Source: Mobula hypostoma (lineage: Eukaryota). Taken from it: DNA of 64,000 nt. Positions 1 to 12,889 of the stretch are shown here, one piece after another. The notes beneath the pieces are model-generated. The model did no database searches and had not been told where the DNA came from. It saw only the letters and a program-made list of their open reading frames with translations. The stretch spans positions 156,428,001 through 156,492,000 of the forward strand of contig NC_086097.1 of the NCBI RefSeq assembly GCF_963921235.1, in the 5' to 3' direction. The position numbers were made by a program, and so were the translations under genes. How positions within the stretch are numbered: the first letter of the stretch is position 1; each line of letters begins with the position of its first letter.

Positions 1-440
1 TTTTATAAAGCTGTTTCCTGCAATTCCCCTTGAAATTAAATTGAGCAAAACTTCACAGCAAGTATCAATCCTAATATAATAAAATTATCTTCAAAATGCA
101 GCTAAGCACTCATATCAGAATGCAAACGGCTTTGTATATGAAGCCTCACGTGTATCAATATGAAGATAATACAAACAATAAAGTCAAAGCTGGTGATGAT
201 GGGTCCAGGATGAAATGGCGAACAATTTCAAGTTCATAATGTTGAAAGTTCTTCCTTATTTAATAAATTATTTCAGTAAACTATTTGAAGACCTTCTGTA
301 AAGGGGAGGGGGCAGTGGGAATATAGGTTGCCAGTCTTAGGTCCTGAAGCTTATGGCTGCACAACTGAGACTGAAGATAAAATATACTGTGAGCAAAATC
401 TGTACAATATCAATATGCAAACTTCCGACTGTTTACTTCT

Positions 441-3064
441 TCAGAATCAGAATCAAAATCAGATTTAATATCACTGTTGTGAAATTTGTTAACTTTACAG
501 CAGCAGTACAATGAAATACATGATGCATAAATATAGGGGAAGACTGAGTTACATTAGGTATATATATATATATATATATATATATCTATTAAATAGTTAA
601 ATTTGTAGGCATTTTTGAATGTTTTAGTTGACAAACCAAATCTCCTCAAACCCCTAATGAAATATAGGTGCTGTTTTGCCTTCTTTATAGCTGCATCAAT
701 ATGTTGCGTCCAGGTTAGGTCCTCTGAGATATTGACCCTTGGGAACTTGAAATTGCTCATTCTCTCCACTTCTGATCCCTCTATGAAGACTGGCTTGTGT
801 TCCCTCGTCCTATCTTTCCTGAAGTCCACAATCAGCCCTTTGGTCTTGCAGATATTCAGTGCAAAGTTGTTGCTACGACCACACTCAACTAACTGGTATA
901 TTTCAGTTCTGCATACTCTTTCGTCACCATCTGAGGTTCTGACAACAATTGTTGTATCATCAGCAAACTTATAGATGCTGTTTGAACTAGCCACACAGTC
1001 ATGAATGTAGAGAGGGTAGAGCAGTGGGCTAAGCACATGTTATTTCCAATCCGCAACAGATTGCAGTCTTCTGGTTAGAAAGTTGAGAATCCGGTTGCAG
1101 AGGGAAGTACATGGGCCTAGGTTCTGTAGTTTTTCAATCTTGACATAGCTATTTGCATTGTCCCGGTGATTCAAGGCTGCGTGAGGTGCAATTGAGATCG
1201 CGTTATCAGTAGACCTATTGTGGCAATATGCAAATTGCTGAAGATTCAGGTACTTCCATAGACAGGTGTTGATTCTAGCCATGACTGACCTTTCAAAACA
1301 TTTCATCACTATAGATATGAACGCTACTGGATGGTAATTGCTGAGGCAGGTCACACTGCTTTTCCTGGCATTGGTATAATCGTTGCCCTTTTGAAGCAGG
1401 TGCAAATGTCTGACTGTAGCATTGAGATGTTTAAAATGTATTTGAATACTCCTATCAGTTGGTTGGTACAGGTTTTTAGAGCCTTGCAAGGTACTCCATT
1501 GGGCCCTGCTGCCTTGCGAGGGTTCACTCTCTTGAACGACAGCCTGAAGTCCACCTCCAAGACACAGATCACAGGGTCATCAAATGCTGCATCAATCCTC
1601 ATAGCTGTGGTTTTATTCTCCCTTTCAAAGTGAGCATAAAAGGTATTGTGCTCATCCGATAGTGAAGCATTGGTGCCATTCATGATGTTGGGTTTTGCTT
1701 TGTAGGAAGTATTAGCCTGCAAACCCTGCCACAGTTGATGGGCACCCAATGTCGCCTCCAACCTCTCCCAGAATAGTTTTTTGACTCTTGAAATAGCCCT
1801 CTACAAGTCATACCTGGTTTTCTTATACAAGTCTGAATCACTAGACTTGAATGCCTCAGAGCTAGACCTCAGCAGTCTACGAACCTCCTGGTTCATCCAT
1901 TGATTTTTGTTTGGGAATGTACAGTAAGTTTTCGTAGGGACATACTCATTCACACAGGTTTTAATGAAGTCAGTGACAACTGTAGCATACTCATCCAAGC
2001 TTGAAGATGACTCCCTGAACACTGTCCAGTCTATTGATTCAAAGCAGTGCTTGTGCCTCCCTCGTCCACGCCTTCTTGGTCCTCACCACTGGTGCTGCAG
2101 TCTTCAGTCTCTGCCTATACTCAGGGAGTAGAAGTACAGCCAGGTGATCAGACTTACCAAAGAGTGGGTGTGGGATAGCACAGTAGGTACTCTTGAATTA
2201 GTGTAACAGTGGTCCAGTGTGTTATTTCCTCTGGTACTACAAGTGATTTGTTCGTAAAAATTATTTATTGACTTCATTGAGGAACCTGGTTAAAATCCCC
2301 CAAAATGATGGGGATGGCATCAGGATGTGCTGTTTCATGCCTTTTTACATCGCTCAGTTCGTCTAGAGCCTGCTGGACATTAGCCTGAGGTGGAATGTAC
2401 ACCGCTACCAAAAAGATCACTGAAATCTCTCATGGCAGGTAAAATGGCCGACACTTCATTGAGAAGTATTCCAGGTCTGGTGAGCAACATTGCGACATCA
2501 CTGACACATTAGTACAGCACAAGGAGTTGATCATGAGGCATACCTCTCCACCTCTGCTTTTGAGAGACTCAACCGACCTATCTTGATGGAGTGTTGTGAA
2601 CCTGTCTATTTGAATCGCTGCATCTAGAAAGGAAGGGGTTAACCAAGATTCCATTAAAAAATGGATGCACAAATTCCTAACATCCCTATCATACTGCACT
2701 GTAGCTCTGAGATTGTCAATTTTATATACCAGAGACTGTACATTTGCCAGCAAGATACTTGGTATCAGGAGTCAAAAACCTTGTTTATTTTAAATGCACC
2801 TTGGGACCAGAACGCTGACCCCTCTTTTGCCGGAAACTTCTTAAAGGGGTAGTGTGCCGCCCACAGTCCGATCTATTTCCATTAGTTTTAAGCAGCGACA
2901 GATCATTCAGTCACATTAGAACTTAATCACTGACTGTACACATCATAGATGCAGTTATGGTTCTCAGCTGTAGGAGGCTAAAATGAGAATATTTGATATT
3001 TTCCATCATTTTCAATGAGAGATGCTGTTAGGGTTATCTGTGATGTTGGTGCCCAAGAAGTGAA
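441..3064 (-). mobile_element. Rex1/Babar-type LINE, near full length, decayed
   Basis: Minus ORFs in order: APE endonuclease (2430-2753, LANVQSL..ESWL..GGEVC), linker, RT (KAAGPNG; NYHPVA..MKCFER; SPLLY..KFADDTTIV). (CTGATT)n tail at ~441-462. 5' end resembles that of the copy ending at 48240. Confidence 0.9.
559..585. repeat. (TA)n microsatellite
   Basis: Direct reading of the sequence. Confidence 0.95.
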
Positions 3065-3089
3065 TGTAACCAGCATTATTAGATTTAGA

Positions 3090-3285
3090 GCAACCTACAA
3101 AGCCCTGGTGGAACTCAGCAGGTAAGTCAACATCCATGAAGGGAAATGGACTGTCAATGTTTTGACTTGAGACCCAGATGATGAGTCTCCACCCAAAATT
3201 TTAACTGTCCATTCCGCACCCCCCCGCCACTTAGATATTGGCTGACCCACTGAGCTCCTCCAGATTTACAGCATTTCCAGTCTTG
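3090..3285. mobile_element. Penelope-like terminal fragment forming an inverted repeat
   Basis: ctggtggaactcagcagg... is inverted with ...ccactgagctcctccag. Degenerate hammerhead-like core cagatga-tgagtctccaccc-aaaa at ~3175-3198. Confidence 0.6.
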
Positions 3286-3356
3286 CCTATCTTCATTATG
3301 CAATTTAGTCTGCTTTGGTTATTTTCCATTTTCAGCTGGAGTGAGAGGAGTTAAAG

Positions 3357-4085
3357 ACAGTGCCAGAGATTTTGGCAGACCCAGGCGACTTCTTCAAGTT
3401 TATCCACCGAACAATTTCTTCTTCTTTTTTAATTTTTTTTTCTTTTCAAGGTGGGGTTTGGGGTCCTGTTGGAGTCCATGATCTACAGCTGTAGCTCAAA
3501 CGATGGTTCTCCACGGGTGGCGGGTTGTCATCCTCAGACTCGCTGTGCGGCCTGGCGTTTCAATATCTCCAGATATGGCCTGGAAGACATGTGCCTTCAG
3601 AGTGCTGACCCATGGACGACCCAGTTCCTTGCCGATGTCACTGACTGAAGCATCGCAAGAGATTGAAACATCGAGACAGCAGGTGGTGTGAGCTGGTGTT
3701 GGAAGGCCCCTGCACTCTCTCCCTGCCCCCCCTCTCTTGCTCTCCCCCCCCTCTCTCTCTCTCTCTCTCATGAGGCAATATCTCTCTCTCCCTCGCTAGT
3801 GAGAGAGAATCTGTCTGAGATGGCAAAGTGTTGGGACGGACAGTAGTTTTCATGGACTCTAGATCGTGGTCTCTTGGGGGGGTTTTGCTATTGCTAGTGG
3901 GGCAGGGTGAAGGTGGGGTTGATGCTTTTGTTGCTGCCTGTGCATGGGGGGGGAGGGGGAAGGGGGAATTTGGAGTTCTGACATTTTCTGTCATTTTTTT
4001 TCTTTGTTTTTTTCCCCCTGTTTTGTGGATGTCTGCAAAGAGTAAGAATTTCAGTTTGCATACTCTATACGTTCTCTGATATTTA
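3357..4085 (+). mobile_element. Probable non-autonomous retroelement with Rex1-like 3' end
   Basis: GC-richer block with CT microsatellite and a T-rich 3' end resembling Rex1-type 3' UTRs; no coding similarity. Confidence 0.4.
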
Positions 4086-4147
4086 CTGCAACCAGTTGAA
4101 CAATGATCCAGGCTGCCATTGTTTCATTATTATTTTTATTAATTCTT

Positions 4148-4385
4148 AGAATGTAGACATTGTTGGCAAGGACCGCATTTATTGCTCATTTCTAAATGCT
4201 CTTGAGAAGGTCGTGGTGAGTCACCCTCTTTAAGTGCTACAGTCCTTCAGATGAAGAACCTCACTCAGATCTCATGGTTAGAAAATTCCCACCTAGCCAT
4301 GACCTAACCACACATTTTATAGTCAGAATGAAGAGCCACTTGGAGGGGAACACATAGGTAAGGTTGCTCCTAAGCTTTGGAATCC
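4148..4385 (-). mobile_element. 3' end of old LINE (CR1/L2 group)
   Basis: Similar to the block starting ~18412 (gttggcaag..c.gc.tt.a.tgc) and to a common chondrichthyan LINE 3' end as recalled. Confidence 0.45.
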
Positions 4386-4555
4386 TTTAGCATTTTTATT
4401 ACTTTAATTATCAATGATTTCTTTCATTTTTTACATTCTTATGTACACATAGTAATTCCCAGTAAGTCTACTTTCTGAGTAAAGTTTAACTGAAACATCA
4501 TTCTTCATTTTTCCACTAATGACTAGATTGTTCATGTATCACTCTTATCTCAGCA

Positions 4556-4815
4556 GAAGTTACATTTGAGAGAAATGATTTACAATGTGTTTCACAGCCA
4601 ATTAAGAATTTTTTAAATGTAGTCACTCAATGTCGCACCGCAGGGGTACTATTTGTACAGAGCAAGACCCTGCATGTGGTATTGATTTAAATGGGCAGTT
4701 TATCTGCTTTAGGGATGTTTAGATGATAAATATTAATTAGGAGAGTGAGAACAAGAACAGTGGGATCTTGTGTATCATCTGATCAGGATAGTTAGACCCT
4801 AATCATCCAAATGGA
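4556..4815 (-). mobile_element. Deu-SINE/SacSINE1-like fragment
   Basis: Reverse complement resembles 30255-30425 (agtgact..., gctgt.aa.c..ttt; gatccca). Confidence 0.55.
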
Positions 4816-4861
4816 AAAATTAAAAAAAAGGACCAGATGAAAATTGTGATCTTTGTTATCT

Positions 4862-5021
4862 GCAACACACATAAAAGTTGCTTCGTCAGTACTCAGAGTC
4901 TTGGCCCGAAACATCGACTGTACTTCTTCCTACAGATGCTGCCCGGCCTGCTGCATTCACCAGCAACTCTTATGTGTGTTGCTCGAAATTCCAGCATCTG
5001 CAGATTTCCTCGTGTTTGCGT
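4862..5021 (+). mobile_element. Penelope-like element 3' terminus with short inverted 5' piece
   Basis: gcaacacacataaaagttg (4862) is inverted with caactcttatgtgtgttgc (~4964). Contains ggcccGAAAcatcgact and ends ccagcatctgcagatttcctcgtgtttgcgt. Confidence 0.7.
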
Positions 5022-5544
5022 CTCGTTATCTGATTCTCTTTTAAATTTTCCCAGTTGGCTGCAGGTATTATTTTGGCAGTTCTTTGAGACTGCAAGCTCA
5101 GTGACGGATCTTGGAGGAATATTTTGCTGCTGACTACCCGGATATTATAATAAATGAATGGAAGTGGGTTTGCTGGAGCCAAGTGCTTAAGGTGACTTTT
5201 TCTTGCCCTGATTCCTGACTCTGGCATTCAGTTTCCAGGCAATGAACTGGGCCAGATTATTTAGAAATTCCATAGCATTCATCCCATTTATTTACGAATG
5301 TTTCATGTTCCATTGGTGTCTCTTTAGAACTCCCCATATGTAGATCTATCTCATTAGACTATTCTCATTTTACACTGAGTAAAATGGCCTTTACACTATT
5401 CTCAGTAACTAACAGGTTTGCAAACGATCACAAACAGGCTCACAGAAAATGAATATGAGGCATTGACATACTGTACTTAAGATGCTGATGGAAATGCTTT
5501 TATAGAATTATATGATATTCTGTTGTATTATTGCACTCCAGATA

Positions 5545-6206
5545 GAGTGCTGCTTCACATTCCACTGCATGGAGAGAACAGCAGATTCACATAAAGGTAG
5601 AGGAGGTAGTGTTTGCTTCACAATCAACTTATGGTGCACAGACATGGCAGTTCTGTCTCAGTTCTGCTCCCCTGACCTGGGACATCTCATGGTAAAGTGT
5701 GAAGCATTTTATCTGACAAGGGAATTTTCTGGTGTCATCCTGGCTGCAGTCCATCTCTACCCAACATCAGGCCAGCGCTGGAGGAGATGCGCTAGTGGAT
5801 GGTGCAATAATCACTCCTTATGCCTCCCTGATCATTGCGGGGGATTTCAGCCAGGTCAGCTTGAAAAAGCTTCTGACCAGTCAACACTGGTGCACCTCAA
5901 GGATGCGTGCCCAGCCCACTACTCTACTCTCTCCACACCCATGACTGTGCAGCTAGGCACAGCTCGAATGGCACCTATGAACTTGTCAATGACACAGCTG
6001 CAGTTGGGAAGATCTCAGTAGCAATGTGGCATACAGCAGTGAAATAGAGAGGCTGGGTGAGTGGTGTTGTGACAAAAACCTTGCACTCAACATCAGTATG
6101 ACCGAAGAATTGATTGTGGGCTTCAGGAAGGGTAAGTCAGGGAAACATAAACCAATACTCACCAAGTGATCAGCAGTGGAAAGGGTGAAAAGTTTCACAT
6201 TCCAGG
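5545..6206 (+). mobile_element. Rex1/Babar LINE fragment (endonuclease and RT with internal deletion); resumes at ~12033-12125
   Basis: KGRGGSVCFTINLWC, IIAGDF, PQGC-like and ERVKSF segments. After 12032 the sequence resembles the Rex1 C-terminus (RSLKTH..NSNFIPSA..FLNG). Confidence 0.75.
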
Positions 6207-7466
6207 TGTCATGTACCCCATGACGGGTTAAAGAACCAGCAGAAACGGAAAACACCTTGGAGTCCAGTATTGCTATTAACTAATGGTATTTATTAGTAAC
6301 TACGCAATACAGTAATATAAATGCAGATAAATTATACAGGTTATCAATGAATATATATAAGTAAGTATATCAGTAAGTGTGGAAATATATGAAAATCAAG
6401 CTTCTTCAAGTCTAGGGGTAAATAGATACAGTCTTACGATGATGAGTAAAGTTCAGTTCAGTTTGTGGTATTGAGCTGAGTTGAGTAGTCATTAACAGAC
6501 AGAAAGACGAGCACATACACTAAAAACAGAATACTGCAGTGCTACACTTATTCTATCCTGACTTATGGAAGTGAATGCTGGACTATTTCTCCAGCAATGG
6601 AAAAGAGACTAGAAGTAGTTGAATTATGGTTCTACAGGAGAATGTTAAAAATATCATGCACCACACACACATCAAATGAAGAAGTTCTCAGAAGAGCCCA
6701 AGCAGTTCGATCACTCATACCAACAATAAGAGAAAGACAACTCAGATTCCTAGGACACATCATGCAGAAAGATGAACTAGAAAAACTCATACTCTCTGGA
6801 AAGATTGAGGGGAGTAAACCTAGAGGAAAACCTCAGCTTATGTACATCAAAAGCATAGCCAGGTGGCTACACATCGAGGAAATGGAAGTCATCCAAAAAA
6901 TGAAGGATAGATCTATGTGGAAAACCATGGTCACCAGTGTCCACATTGGATATGGTACCTAGACAGACAGAAAGTGATGGAGAGAGAGAGAGGGAGAGAT
7001 TTGAGTCTTCAGGTGAGCTGATGCCGTCGATCTTCCCGTGGTCCTCCGAATTCCTTTAGAAGTCACCGACCGTGACCACAACAAAGGGAACCATTCTTCT
7101 GTGGTGGAGCTATCAACGCAGGCAAGGGTTGATCACACACAAAACTCCCCACTGGTCACACCTTCTCCACACTGTGAGAGCCACTGGTCGATCCACCTGA
7201 TCGATCCTCCAAAACCCACTTTTTCTGTGGGCACAACAAAGGTCATTCAGTGTCCAAAATCATGTGTCCCGGGTCTATCATCTGATCTTCTATTTATCTC
7301 CCCGTACTGAGTACCGACTGTCTCTCAAATAACAGCTTCTCCCTTCTCTGTCTGTAAGAACGTAGAGGCAGGCAATGTCCTTGTAGAAAGTATAAACAAA
7401 CTGTGAGCAGTCTTCATCTCTCTCTTTCTCTTAAAAACAAGATGTTGGTGTTAAATAACTCTCTCT
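6207..7466 (-). mobile_element. Truncated LTR related to the Gmr1-like LTRs at 48551/52504
   Basis: Starts TGTCATGTACCCC versus TGTTATGTACCCC. Shares ccagcagaaa, ttggagtc, gtctaggggtaaat, gtcaccgacYgtgacc and ggtcgatcc with those LTRs. Interrupted by an RTE and cut by a CR1. Confidence 0.8.
6490..6972 (+). mobile_element. RTE-clade LINE 3' fragment inserted in the LTR
   Basis: SILTYGSECWT..KRLEVVELWFYRRMLKIS..RQLRFLGHIM..GKIEGSKPRGKP; (AGAC)n tail; possible AGT duplication. Confidence 0.85.
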
Positions 7467-10400
7467 ATTGGCCCTGGATCTCAAGAGAGAGAATTTGTAG
7501 AATGTCTGCGAGATGGCTTTTTAGAACAGCTTGTTGTTGAGCCCACTAGGGGATCAGCTGTACTGGATTGGGTATTGTGTAATGAACCGGAGGTGATTAG
7601 AGAGATTGAGGTGAAGGAACCCTTAGGAGGCAGTGATCATAACATGATTGAGTTCACTGTGAAATTTGAGAAAGAGAAGCCGAAATATGATGTGTCGGTA
7701 TTTCAGTGGAGTAAAGTTAAATTACAGTGGCATGAGAGAGGAATGGCCAAAGTTGACTGGAAAGGGACACTTGCGGGAAGGACAGCAGAGCGGCAGTGGC
7801 TGGAGTTTATGTGAGAAGTGAGGAAGGTGCAAGACAGATATATTCCAAAAAAGAAGAAATTTTCAAATGGAAAAAGGATGCAACCATGGCTGACAAAAGA
7901 AGTTAAAGCCAAAGTTAAAGCAAAGGAGAGGGCATACAAGGAAGCAAAAATTAGAGGGACGACAGAGGATTGGGAAGTTTTCAAAAGCTTACAGAAGGAA
8001 ACTAAGAAGGTCATTAAGAGGGAAAAGAGGAACTATGAAAGGAAGCTAGCAAATAATATCAAAGAGGATACTAAAAGCTTTTTCAAGTATACAAAGAGTA
8101 AAAGACAGGTGAGAGTAGATATAGGACCGATAGAAAATGATGCTGGAGAAATTGTAATGGGGGAAAAAGAGATGGTGGAGGAACTGAACGAGTATTTTGC
8201 ATCAGTCTTCACTGAGGAAGACATCAGCAGTATACTGGACACTCAAGGGTGTCAGGGAAGAGAAGTGAGTGCAGTCACAATTACGACAGAGAAAGTACTC
8301 AGGAAGCTGAATAGTTTAAGGGTAGATAAATCTCCCAAACCAGATGGAATGCACCCTTGTGTTCTGAAGGAAGTAGCTGTGGAGATTGCAGAGGCATTAG
8401 CAATGATCTTTCAGAAGTCAAGAGATAGATAGATTCTGGCATGGTTCTGGAGGACTGGAAGATTGCAAATGTCACTCCGCTATTTAAGAAGGGGGCAAGG
8501 AAGCAAAAAGGAAATTATAGACCTGTTAGCTTGACATCGGTGGTTGGGAAGTTGTTGGAGTCGATTGTCAAGGATGAGGTTATGGAGTACTTGGAGGCAT
8601 ATAACAAGATAGGCAGAACTCAGCATGGATTCCTTAAAGGAGAATCCTGCCTGAAAAACCTATTGCAATTTATTGAGGAAATTACAAGTAGGCTAGACAA
8701 GGGAGATAGAACATAGAACATAGAAAAATAGGTGCAGGAGTAGGCCATTCGGCCCTTCGAGCCTGCACCGCCATTTAATATGATCATGGCTGATCATCCA
8801 ACTCAGAACCCCGCCCCAGCCTTCCCTCCATACCCCCGATCCCCGTAGCCACAAGGGCCATATCTAACTCCCTCTTAAATATAGCCAATGAACTGGCCTC
8901 AACTGTTTCCTGTGGCAGAGAATTCCAGAGATTCACCACTCTCTGTGTGCAGAGGTTTTTCCTAATCTTGGTCCTAAAAGGCTTCCCCTCTATCCTCAAA
9001 CTGTGACCCCTTGTTCTGGACTTCCCCAACATCTGGAACAATCTTCCTGCATCTAGCCTGTCCAATCCCTTTAGGATTTTATACGTTTCAATCAGATCCC
9101 CCCTCAATCTTCTAAATTCCAACGAGTACAAGCCCAATTCATCCAGTCTTTCTTCATATGAAAGTCCTGCCATCCCAGGAATCAATCTGGTGAACCTTCT
9201 TTGTACTCCCTTTATGGCAAGGATGTCTTTCCTCAGATTAGGGGACCAAAACTGCACACAATACTCCAGGTGTGGTCTCACCAAGGCCTTGTACAACTGC
9301 AGTAGTACCTCCCTGCTCCTGTACTTGAATCCTCTCGCTATAAATGCCAGCATACCATTCGCCTTTTTCACCGCCTGCTGTACCTGCATGCCCACTTTCA
9401 ATGACTGATGTATAATGACACCCAGGTCTCGTTGCACCTCCCCTTTTCCTAATCGGCCACCATTCAGATAATAATCTGTTTTCCTATTTTTGCCACCAAA
9501 GTGGATAACTTCACATTTATCCACATTAAATTGCATCTGCCATGAATTTGCCCACTCACCCAACCTATCCAAGTCACTCTGCATCCTCTTAGCATCCTCC
9601 TCACAGCTAACACTGCCACCCAGCTTTGTGTCATCCGCAAACTTGGAGATGCTGCATTTAATTCCCTCATCCAAGTCATTAATATATATTGTAAACAACT
9701 GGGGTCCCAGCACTGAGCCTTGCGGTACCCCACTAGTCACCGCCTGCCATTCTGAAAAGGTCCCGTTTATTCCCACTCTTTGCTTCCTGTCTGCTAACCA
9801 ATTCTCCATCCACATCAATACCTTACCCCCAATACCGTGTGCTTTAAGTTTGCACACTAATCTCCTGTGTGGGACCTTGTCAAAAGCCTTTTGAAAATCC
9901 AAATATACCACATCCACTGGTTCTCCCCTATCCACTCTACTAGTTACATCCTCAAAAAGTCTATGAGATTCGTCAGACATGATTTTCCTTTCACAAATCC
10001 ATGCTGACTTTGTCCGATGATTTCACTGCTTTCCAAATGTGCTGTTATCACATCTTTGATAACTGACTCCAGCAGTTTCCCCACCACCGACGTTGGGCTA
10101 ACCGGTCTATAATTCCCCGGTTTCTTTCTCCCTCCTTTTTTAAAAAGTGGGGTTACATTAGCCACCCTCCAATCCTCAGGAACTAGTCCAGAATCTAACG
10201 AGTTTTGAAAAATTATCACTAATGCATCCACTATTTCTTGGGCTACTTCCTTAAGCACTCTAGGATGCAGACCATCCGGCCCTGGGGATTTATCTGCCTT
10301 CAATCCCTTCAATTTACCTAACACCACTTCCCTACTAACATGTATTTCGCTCAGTTCTTCCATCTCACTGGACCCTCTGTCCCCTACTATTTCTGGAAGA

Positions 10401-12032
10401 TTATTTATGTCCTCCTTAGTGAAGTCAGACCCAAAGTAATTATTCAATTGGTCTGCCATGTCCTTGCTCCCCATAATCAATTCACCTGTTTCTGTCTGTA
10501 GGGGACCTACATTTGTCTTTACCAGTCTTTTCCTTTTTACATATCTATAAAAGCTTTTACAGTCAGTTTTTATGTTCCCTACCAGTTTTCTCTCATAATC
10601 TTTTTTCCCCATCCTAATTAAGCCCTTTGTCCTCCTCTGCTGAACTCTGAATTCCTCCCAGTCGTCAGGTGAGCCACTTTCTCTGGCTAATTTGTATGCT
10701 ACTTCTTTGGAATTGATACTATCCCTAATTTCTCTTGTCAGCCACGGGTGCACTACCTTCCTTGATTTATTCTTTTGCCAAACTGGGATGAACAATTGTT
10801 GTAGTTCATCCATGCAACCTTTAAATGCAGTGGATGTTGTATATTTGGATTTTCAGAAGGCCTTTGACAAGTTGCCACACATGAGGCTCCTTAACAAGAT
10901 AAGAGCCCATCGAATTACGGGAAAGTTACATTCTTGGATAGAGCGTTGGCTGATTGGCAGGAAACAGAGATGGAATAAAAGGATCCTATTCTGGTTGGCT
11001 GTGGGTTACTTGTGGTGTTCCACAGGGGTCCATGTTGGGGCTGCTTCTTTTTACGTTGTATATCAACAATTTGGATTATGGAATAGATGGCTTTGTGGCT
11101 AAGTTTGCTTATGATAAAAGATAGGTGGACGGGCCGGTAGTGCTGAGGAAGCAGAGAGTCTGCAGAGAGACTTGGATAGTTTGGGAGAATGGGCAAAGAA
11201 GTGGCAAATGAAATACAATGTTGGAAAGTGTATGGGTATGCACTTTGGCAGAAGAAATAAACTGGCAGACTATTATTTAAGTGGGGAGAGAATTCAAAGT
11301 TCTGAGATGCAACGGGACTTGGGAGTCCTCATGAAAGATACCCTTAAGGTTAACCTCCAGGTTGAGCTGGTGGTGAGGAATGTGAATGCAATGTTGGCAT
11401 TCATTTCCAGAGGAATAGAGTGCAGGATCAGGGATGTAATGTTGAGGCTCTATAAGGCGCTGGTGAGACCTCACTTGGAGTACTGTGGGCAGTTTTGGTC
11501 TCCTTATTTAAGAAAGGATGTGCTGACATTGCAGAGGGTACAGAGAAGATTCACTAGAATGATTCTGGGAATGAGAGGGTTAACATATGAGGACCGTTTG
11601 ACCACTCTCGGACTGTACTCCTTGGAGTTTAGAAGAATGAGGGGAGACCTCATAGAAACATTTCGAATGTTGAAAGGCATGGACAGAGTGGATGTGGCAA
11701 AGTTGTTCCCCATGGTGGGGGAGTCTAGTATGAGAGGGCATGACTTAAGGATTGAAGGGCGCCCATTCAGAATAGAGATGTGAAGAAATTTTTTCAGCCA
11801 GAGGGTGGTGAATCTATGGAATTTACGGGCGGCAGTGGAGGCCAAATCATTGGGTGTATTTAAGGCAGAGATTGATAGGTATTTGAGTAGCCAGGGCATC
11901 AAAGGTTATGGTGAGAAGGCGGGGGAGTGGGACTAAATGGGAGAATGGATCAGCTCATGATAAAATGGCGGAGCAGACTCAATGGGCCAAATGGCCGACT
12001 TCTGCTCCTTTGTCTTATGGTCTTATGGTCTA
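7467..12032 (+). mobile_element. CR1 LINE (5'-truncated ORF2), split by an inner CR1
   Basis: EPLGGSDHN, KSPKPDGMHP, NYRPVSLT, QHGF; continues after 10826 with DVVYLDFQKAFDK and LVRPHLEYC. (TCTTATGG)n tail at ~12013-12030. Confidence 0.95.
8708..10826 (-). mobile_element. Young CR1 LINE, 5'-truncated, RT intact except one frameshift
   Basis: ORFs 9944-10813 and 8784-9980 (VPQGSVLGP, FADD, RPHLEYCVQFW); (TTCTATG)n tail at 8708-8725; splits the outer CR1 at gat|gcagtggat. Confidence 0.97.
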
Positions 12033-12889
12033 AGAGGTGCAGGATCTGAAGACACACATTCAATGTGTTAATAGCAACTTCATTCCCTCTGCCAACAGAT
12101 TCTAAACGGGCAATGAACCAACCCACAAACAGTACCTCACTACTTTTGTTCCTGGTGCACTTCAGACAATAGCCAGGGATTTCAATGTTCCAAGTTTGAA
12201 ATACATTCGTTATCACAATATGTATACATTATACAACCTTGCGATTTGTCTGCTTAAAGGTAGCCACTAAACAAAGAAACCTCAAAAGAACCCATTAAAG
12301 CCTGTCAAATATCCTGTTTGCAGTGAGAGAAATAAAACCAAAACATGTAAACAATAGAAAGTAATAAAATAACTTCAGAAATGAAATTTTCGGAACTACA
12401 TGAGGCCAGGCATCACTACAGTGGGAGCAGGGCACAGCTTCAGTTTAGCATGGAGCTGCAAGTAGAATGAGGCAGAACTGGTCCTCGTCTTGCTTCCGAT
12501 GCTTATACCCTGGCCTTTTCAATCTGGCCTGGCACTTAAGTCATCTAAGCATTGGGTTGTTCCTCACTCTTAGACCGTTCTGAAACCTGAACCCCACTAC
12601 CGTGATTCAGCCCATACCTGACCATTCCATTTCACCCAGTACTTAAATCGATCCGGCATCGGGACATCCCTCACTCTTGAGAACACCATGACTCTGTCTC
12701 AATCCTGCCTCCCCTTCTGCTTTCCATGACCATGTCTCACATGCACCTCTGTCTCTGCCACCACTCGCTTCTCTATTGTTAACGTTGATCATTAAGAATA
12801 AGTGTCGTAAATAAGCTATTCAGTAATTTTCTTTCTTTGTTTTGTTTTATTTTGTTTGGGCATCATCAGCACCATCATAAACTGTTTTG

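Noticed and set aside
9190..9894. Antisense ORFs over CR1 RT (also 39467-40570 and 43312-44234)
   Set aside because: Shadow frames of the RT coding sequence.
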